From positions 89,532-153,531 of the forward strand of contig CAVVNJ010000003.1 of assembly GCA_963749595.1 (NCBI GenBank): a stretch of 64,000 nt of DNA, given 5' to 3'. The notes beneath the pieces are model-generated. The model was given only the letters and a program-made list of their open reading frames with translations. It was not told the DNA's origin and searched no databases. Position numbers and translations under genes: made by a program. This stretch comes from Candidatus Woesebacteria bacterium. GTDB lineage: Bacteria; Patescibacteriota; Microgenomatia; UBA1400; UBA1396. How positions within the stretch are numbered: position 1 is the first letter of the stretch; each line of letters starts with the position of its first letter. Shown in pieces: positions 60,701 to 64,000 of this stretch.

Positions 60701-62794
60701 CTATACGGTGACTTTAAGTCGCGCATCAAGGATCTGAATTCCCTTTCCCTTTGGAAAAACGACGACCGGATTAAGATCCAACTCAGTGATTTCCGGATGG
60801 TCCGCCATTAACTGCGCTACCCGTCCGATCGTCTCAACGACCGCTTTCCGATCAAGCTTTGGCTGGCCACGAATTCCTTGAAATATCGGACTAAATTCGA
60901 CTTCGTCAACCATCCGCTCCGCGTCGCGCCTAGTTAACGGCACTAAACCGAACCGCACATTTTTAAAAACCTCCGCGTAGATCCCACCCAAACCGAAGAC
61001 CAAATAGGCGCCGGTTTGTGGCTCGCGCTTGGCGCCGATAATAGTTTCCAGGCCGTCCGACACCTGTTGCTCAACCAGAAATCCTTCGATCTTGGCTTTT
61101 GGTTTGTGCCGGGCCACTGTTTTTAACAGATTCAACGCGCTGGCGGCCGCATTGGTCGGGGTAACGTTGAGGAGTGTGCCGCCGACCTCCGATTTATGGA
61201 GAATATCCGGCGAGACAATTTTTAACACCGCGGGTGAACCGACCTTTTTCAGTGCCGTGGCCACTTGGTTTTCCGAGTGGATGAATTGGTGGCGAACCGT
61301 TGGCAGACGATACAAACGTAGCAATTCCAAAACGTCCGGTTCGCTGAGCCAACCCTCCGGATTGTGCCTTTTTAGAAGCTTTACCGCTTGCCGCCGATTG
61401 ATGGAATGGAAGCGAAATGGATTAGTGACGTCGGTTTTGCGCCAGACTTTCCAGCGGTTGAGCAATGAAAGTGAATGTGCGCCCGGTTCAGGGAATTCAG
61501 CGGTGGCTACATCCCCGGTTTGTAAGATTTGGCGACCGGTTTCTACCAAATCGTCACCAAGGAAGGCCGCGACTAAAGGCTTGCGGCTGGCGCGTTTTTG
61601 CTCGGTGATCAGGCGCGCGGTTTTGGCTACCTCGGTCATGGTTTGGGGTGTGAGAATGACTAGGACCGCGTCAACGCCCGGGTCGGCCAAAACCGCGCGC
61701 AATGCCGCTCCATAGCGGATCGCGTCCGCATCGCCGAGGATATCGACCGGATTTTTAATCGATGCTGATGGGGGTAAAAATTTCTGCAGTTCCTGGGTAG
61801 TGGCTGGCGAAAGTTGGGCCAGCTTCAATCCGTCCTTGGCTAATTGATCGGCCGCAATCACCCCAGGACCACCGGCATTGGTCACGACCGCCACGCGATT
61901 GCCTTTGGGAAGTCGGTTGTTGGCAAAGCATTCGGCCAGGGAAAACATCTCCTCCAGCGATTCCGCCCGGATCATGCCGCTTTGGGCGAAAAGAGCCTGG
62001 TAAGCGCCATCACTGCCGCCGAGAGCTCCGGTGTGCGATCGGGCCGCGGCCGCCCCAGATTCGGTTCGTCCAGACTTCAATACAATAATCGGTTTCGGCC
62101 GCGGCCCGCGATGCAATTTCTTGGCAGTGCGTAGTAATTCCGGCAGGGCCGTTAATTGTTCAACGTACAGCATGATGACTTGAGTTTTGGGATCTTGGCG
62201 TAGATACTCAAGAATCTCCTGTTCGCCAATTTGCGCTTTATTACCCAGGCTAATGAAGTTGGACATCCCTAAACCACTGCCGCGGGCATAATCCAACACC
62301 GCCGCTCCCAAAGCTCCGCTTTGCGAAACAAAGGCCACGTTTCCCTCACCCGGCATTACCGGTGCGAACGTAGCATTTAAATGCAAAAAAGGACTGATAA
62401 TTCCGAGACAATTTGGGCCAATCAAGGTCAGGTGATATTTTTGGGCGATGGCTAGCAGTTCTTTCTCCCCCGCTTCGTTGCCGGACTCGCGAAAGCCGGA
62501 GCTAATGACCAGGGCCGCGGGAATTTTTTTCCGGCCAACTTCGATTAAAACTTTGGGAACGATTGGCGCCGGAGTAGCGATGATCGCCAAGTCGACGTGC
62601 TGGGGAATCGGTTTGACCGTGGGATAAACTTTCCGGCCAAACAATTCGCCGCCCTTAGGATTGACTGGGAAAATTTTACCCTGATAGCCCTGGGTAACCA
62701 GATTTTTGACCAGATCATTACCCACGCTGCCCGGCTGACTGGAAGCGCCAATCACGGCAATGGAGTGTGGTCGGAAAACAGCGTCTAAGTTCAT
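60701..62794 (-). CDS. ADP-forming acetyl-CoA synthetase (fused alpha-beta, acetate--CoA ligase family)
   Basis: 697 aa. SIAVIGASSQPGSVG (CoA-binding), FVSQSGALG, RSHTGALGG (phosphohistidine loop), then a C-terminal ATP-grasp domain. Confidence 0.9.
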   Translation of the reverse strand: MNLDAVFRPHSIAVIGASSQPGSVGNDLVKNLVTQGYQGKIFPVNPKGGELFGRKVYPTVKPIPQHVDLAIIATPAPIVPKVLIEVGRKKIPAALVISSGFRESGNEAGEKELLAIAQKYHLTLIGPNCLGIISPFLHLNATFAPVMPGEGNVAFVSQSGALGAAVLDYARGSGLGMSNFISLGNKAQIGEQEILEYLRQDPKTQVIMLYVEQLTALPELLRTAKKLHRGPRPKPIIVLKSGRTESGAAAARSHTGALGGSDGAYQALFAQSGMIRAESLEEMFSLAECFANNRLPKGNRVAVVTNAGGPGVIAADQLAKDGLKLAQLSPATTQELQKFLPPSASIKNPVDILGDADAIRYGAALRAVLADPGVDAVLVILTPQTMTEVAKTARLITEQKRASRKPLVAAFLGDDLVETGRQILQTGDVATAEFPEPGAHSLSLLNRWKVWRKTDVTNPFRFHSINRRQAVKLLKRHNPEGWLSEPDVLELLRLYRLPTVRHQFIHSENQVATALKKVGSPAVLKIVSPDILHKSEVGGTLLNVTPTNAAASALNLLKTVARHKPKAKIEGFLVEQQVSDGLETIIGAKREPQTGAYLVFGLGGIYAEVFKNVRFGLVPLTRRDAERMVDEVEFSPIFQGIRGQPKLDRKAVVETIGRVAQLMADHPEITELDLNPVVVFPKGKGIQILDARLKVTV

Positions 62795-62824
62795 GGGTGG
62801 CCTCGAACTCAGTTTAGCAAATTA

Positions 62825-63637
62825 TCAATCGATTAAGGACTCGATGATCTTTTTAGCATCGGCCGCAAAGATATCACGCGGTAGAGCTCCGGGAACGATC
62901 ACTGCTTCATTATCCGACGGGCGCACGAAGATGGTGGTTGGCACGCCGGTCACGCTAAACATTGACATCCGGACTTGGCTACCATGCACCGTTTGGTCAA
63001 AATAGGTTTCGTTTTGATTAATTTCGGTCAGGCAGGTGACATATTCTTCCCGACTTGACACGTCATAGCGATAGCTCGAATCGCCATTTTCCCGAACTAG
63101 ATCAGCCATATTTTCCCAAACGCGATTTTGTTGGTTCAAGCAATAAAGCGAGGCAATCGCCACCCGCAGGCTAGGGTTGTCTCGGTACGGTAGGACCGTA
63201 TGCAGATACCAAATCCGCAGTTGATCGGGATATTTTTGGCGCAGATCAGCAATATTTTCGGTCAGTGTCCGGCCGCTAAACCCTTCTTCGGTCAAATCGG
63301 CAAAAACAAAAACTTCCAGATCAGGGTTGCTTGGTCCGGTCGAGTAACCTTGGCGTAACTCATCAGTAATAGAGACTTTTTTGCGCGGGTAAGTGCTACC
63401 CGTTGAGCTGGGGAATTCGGTCTCAGGTAGATTAGCAGATGGAGTCGCGGTTGGTATTGGCGAGGATACCAGCTCATCAGGAATGGAATTGAGACCTCGT
63501 TGTAGACCCCAGAAATATCCAATCACTCCGGCTTCGACAATGAGCATTAAAACTAAAACGATAATTGCCAGTATTAATAGTCGATAACGATGGGGTTGAG
63601 CAGCAGCGGGAGTCGGAAATGGCAAGTGATCTCTCAT
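62825..63637 (-). CDS. DsbA-like thioredoxin-fold protein with N-terminal TM anchor and no CxxC motif
   Basis: Start moved to MRDHLPF (ATG at 63637, with TATAAT 9 nt upstream on this strand). TM helix LLILAIIVLVLMLIV. DsbA-like VFVFADLTEEGFS (where CPxC is expected), LYCLNQQNRVW, VTGVPTTIFV. Confidence 0.5.
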   Translation of the reverse strand: MRDHLPFPTPAAAQPHRYRLLILAIIVLVLMLIVEAGVIGYFWGLQRGLNSIPDELVSSPIPTATPSANLPETEFPSSTGSTYPRKKVSITDELRQGYSTGPSNPDLEVFVFADLTEEGFSGRTLTENIADLRQKYPDQLRIWYLHTVLPYRDNPSLRVAIASLYCLNQQNRVWENMADLVRENGDSSYRYDVSSREEYVTCLTEINQNETYFDQTVHGSQVRMSMFSVTGVPTTIFVRPSDNEAVIVPGALPRDIFAADAKKIIESLID

Positions 63638-63683
63638 TTTAAAGAGATTATAGTACTTTTCGTCGTGTTTAGTTCGTCGAGGA

Positions 63684-64000
63684 ATATATATCTCCCCACA
63701 CTTTTGCCTCCCAAACTGTCCCCTCCAGAGACCTCTAATTACTCCTAAAGGTGACCCCAAACAGGTCCTAATTCAGACCTTATGGGCAATAGAGGTCCAG
63801 TACTAGGTTAGTTTGAGTCCACCTGGGCAAGCAGGAGGTAATTTGGGGACAGGCCGATAAGCGATTGTTTCCAAAGTATTTCCGCCCCTATTTGCCAGCA
63901 CTGACCAAGGATGGACAACTGTTGGACCCTATCTGTCCAAAAGTCCCTAGAGTAACCCCAAACAGGTTAGTTTAGGGAGCAGTTTAAGGTTACTTTGAGG
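63684..64000. repeat. MITE-like non-coding repeat, copy B (inverted relative to copy A; truncated by the window end)
   Basis: 63687-64000 aligns to the reverse complement of 44813-45125. Stops occur in all frames. The 5' extension of the track ORF 62825-63760 into this element is spurious. Confidence 0.6.

Noticed and set aside
63638-63760. The N-terminal extension of ORF 62825-63760 (MGSPLGVIRGLWRGQFGRQKC...).
   Set aside because: It reads through the non-coding repeat. The TATAAT + 9 nt + ATG at 63637 followed by a TM helix is a better start.
44813-64000. The 300-bp repeat pair might have been the template/variable repeats of a diversity-generating retroelement.
   Set aside because: There is no reverse transcriptase in the window and neither copy lies in an ORF. 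The mismatches are patchy multi-base substitutions and are not restricted to adenines.
1-64000. Alternative genetic code (UGA recoded to Gly/Trp, as in some candidate phyla).
   Set aside because: TGA terminates many of the array copies exactly at the conserved YPxx[LIF] end and takes part in ATGA stop/start overlaps. Conserved proteins (metG, efp, sod) show no in-frame TGA.
1-64000. tRNA, rRNA, tmRNA, integrase or transposase genes.
   Set aside because: I recognised none in the intergenic regions or the ORF translations by eye. A tRNAscan/Infernal run would be needed to exclude small RNAs formally.

Overview
Gene-dense bacterial sequence that uses the standard genetic code: TGA acts as a stop, including in ATGA stop/start overlaps. 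The gene content suggests a small-genome fermentative bacterium (ADP-forming acetyl-CoA synthetase, 2-oxoacid:ferredoxin oxidoreductase, flavodoxin, many short hypothetical genes). A CPR/Patescibacteria-like origin is only an inference. The dominant feature is a 23-kb head-to-tail array on the + strand (2981-25931) of 24 divergent paralogs, 298-334 aa each, from a protein family I cannot assign. All copies share the same motif order: ExETxR[VI]IxDHLPT[IV][YF], HIRxFF, FRxLYTVxSIE, hydrophobic strand + DD[VA]xHSGxQ, VSVGxxTxRA, ATHIxTPFK[LM]PDxxSNG, and a C-terminus that always ends YP-x-x-[LIF]-stop. Copy 4 is frameshifted inside an A10 run. Four consensus sigma70-like promoters inside the array, plus one in front of it, divide it into five blocks. 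Most other junctions are 1-4 nt overlaps or gaps of 2-12 nt. The array lies between a TrpR/YerC-like regulator operon and metG, with no mobility genes nearby. Other points: (1) about two dozen genes have a -10 box only 6-9 nt from the ATG, implying leaderless mRNAs, while a minority have clear SD sites. (2) trpS has a T-box leader. (3) trpS also contains an 18-codon stretch that reads out of frame between two compensating frameshifts. (4) Frame-disrupted genes cluster between 36 and 57 kb: mutM, a methyltransferase, a phosphodiester-glycosidase-like gene, a response regulator, a CHASE/PAS sensor remnant and korB. (5) Two copies of a roughly 350-bp non-coding MITE-like repeat sit in inverted orientation and bracket an 18.5-kb accessory segment. 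(6) Two tandem 448-aa HExxH paralogs are present. I saw no rRNA, tRNA, CRISPR array, transposase or integrase by eye.
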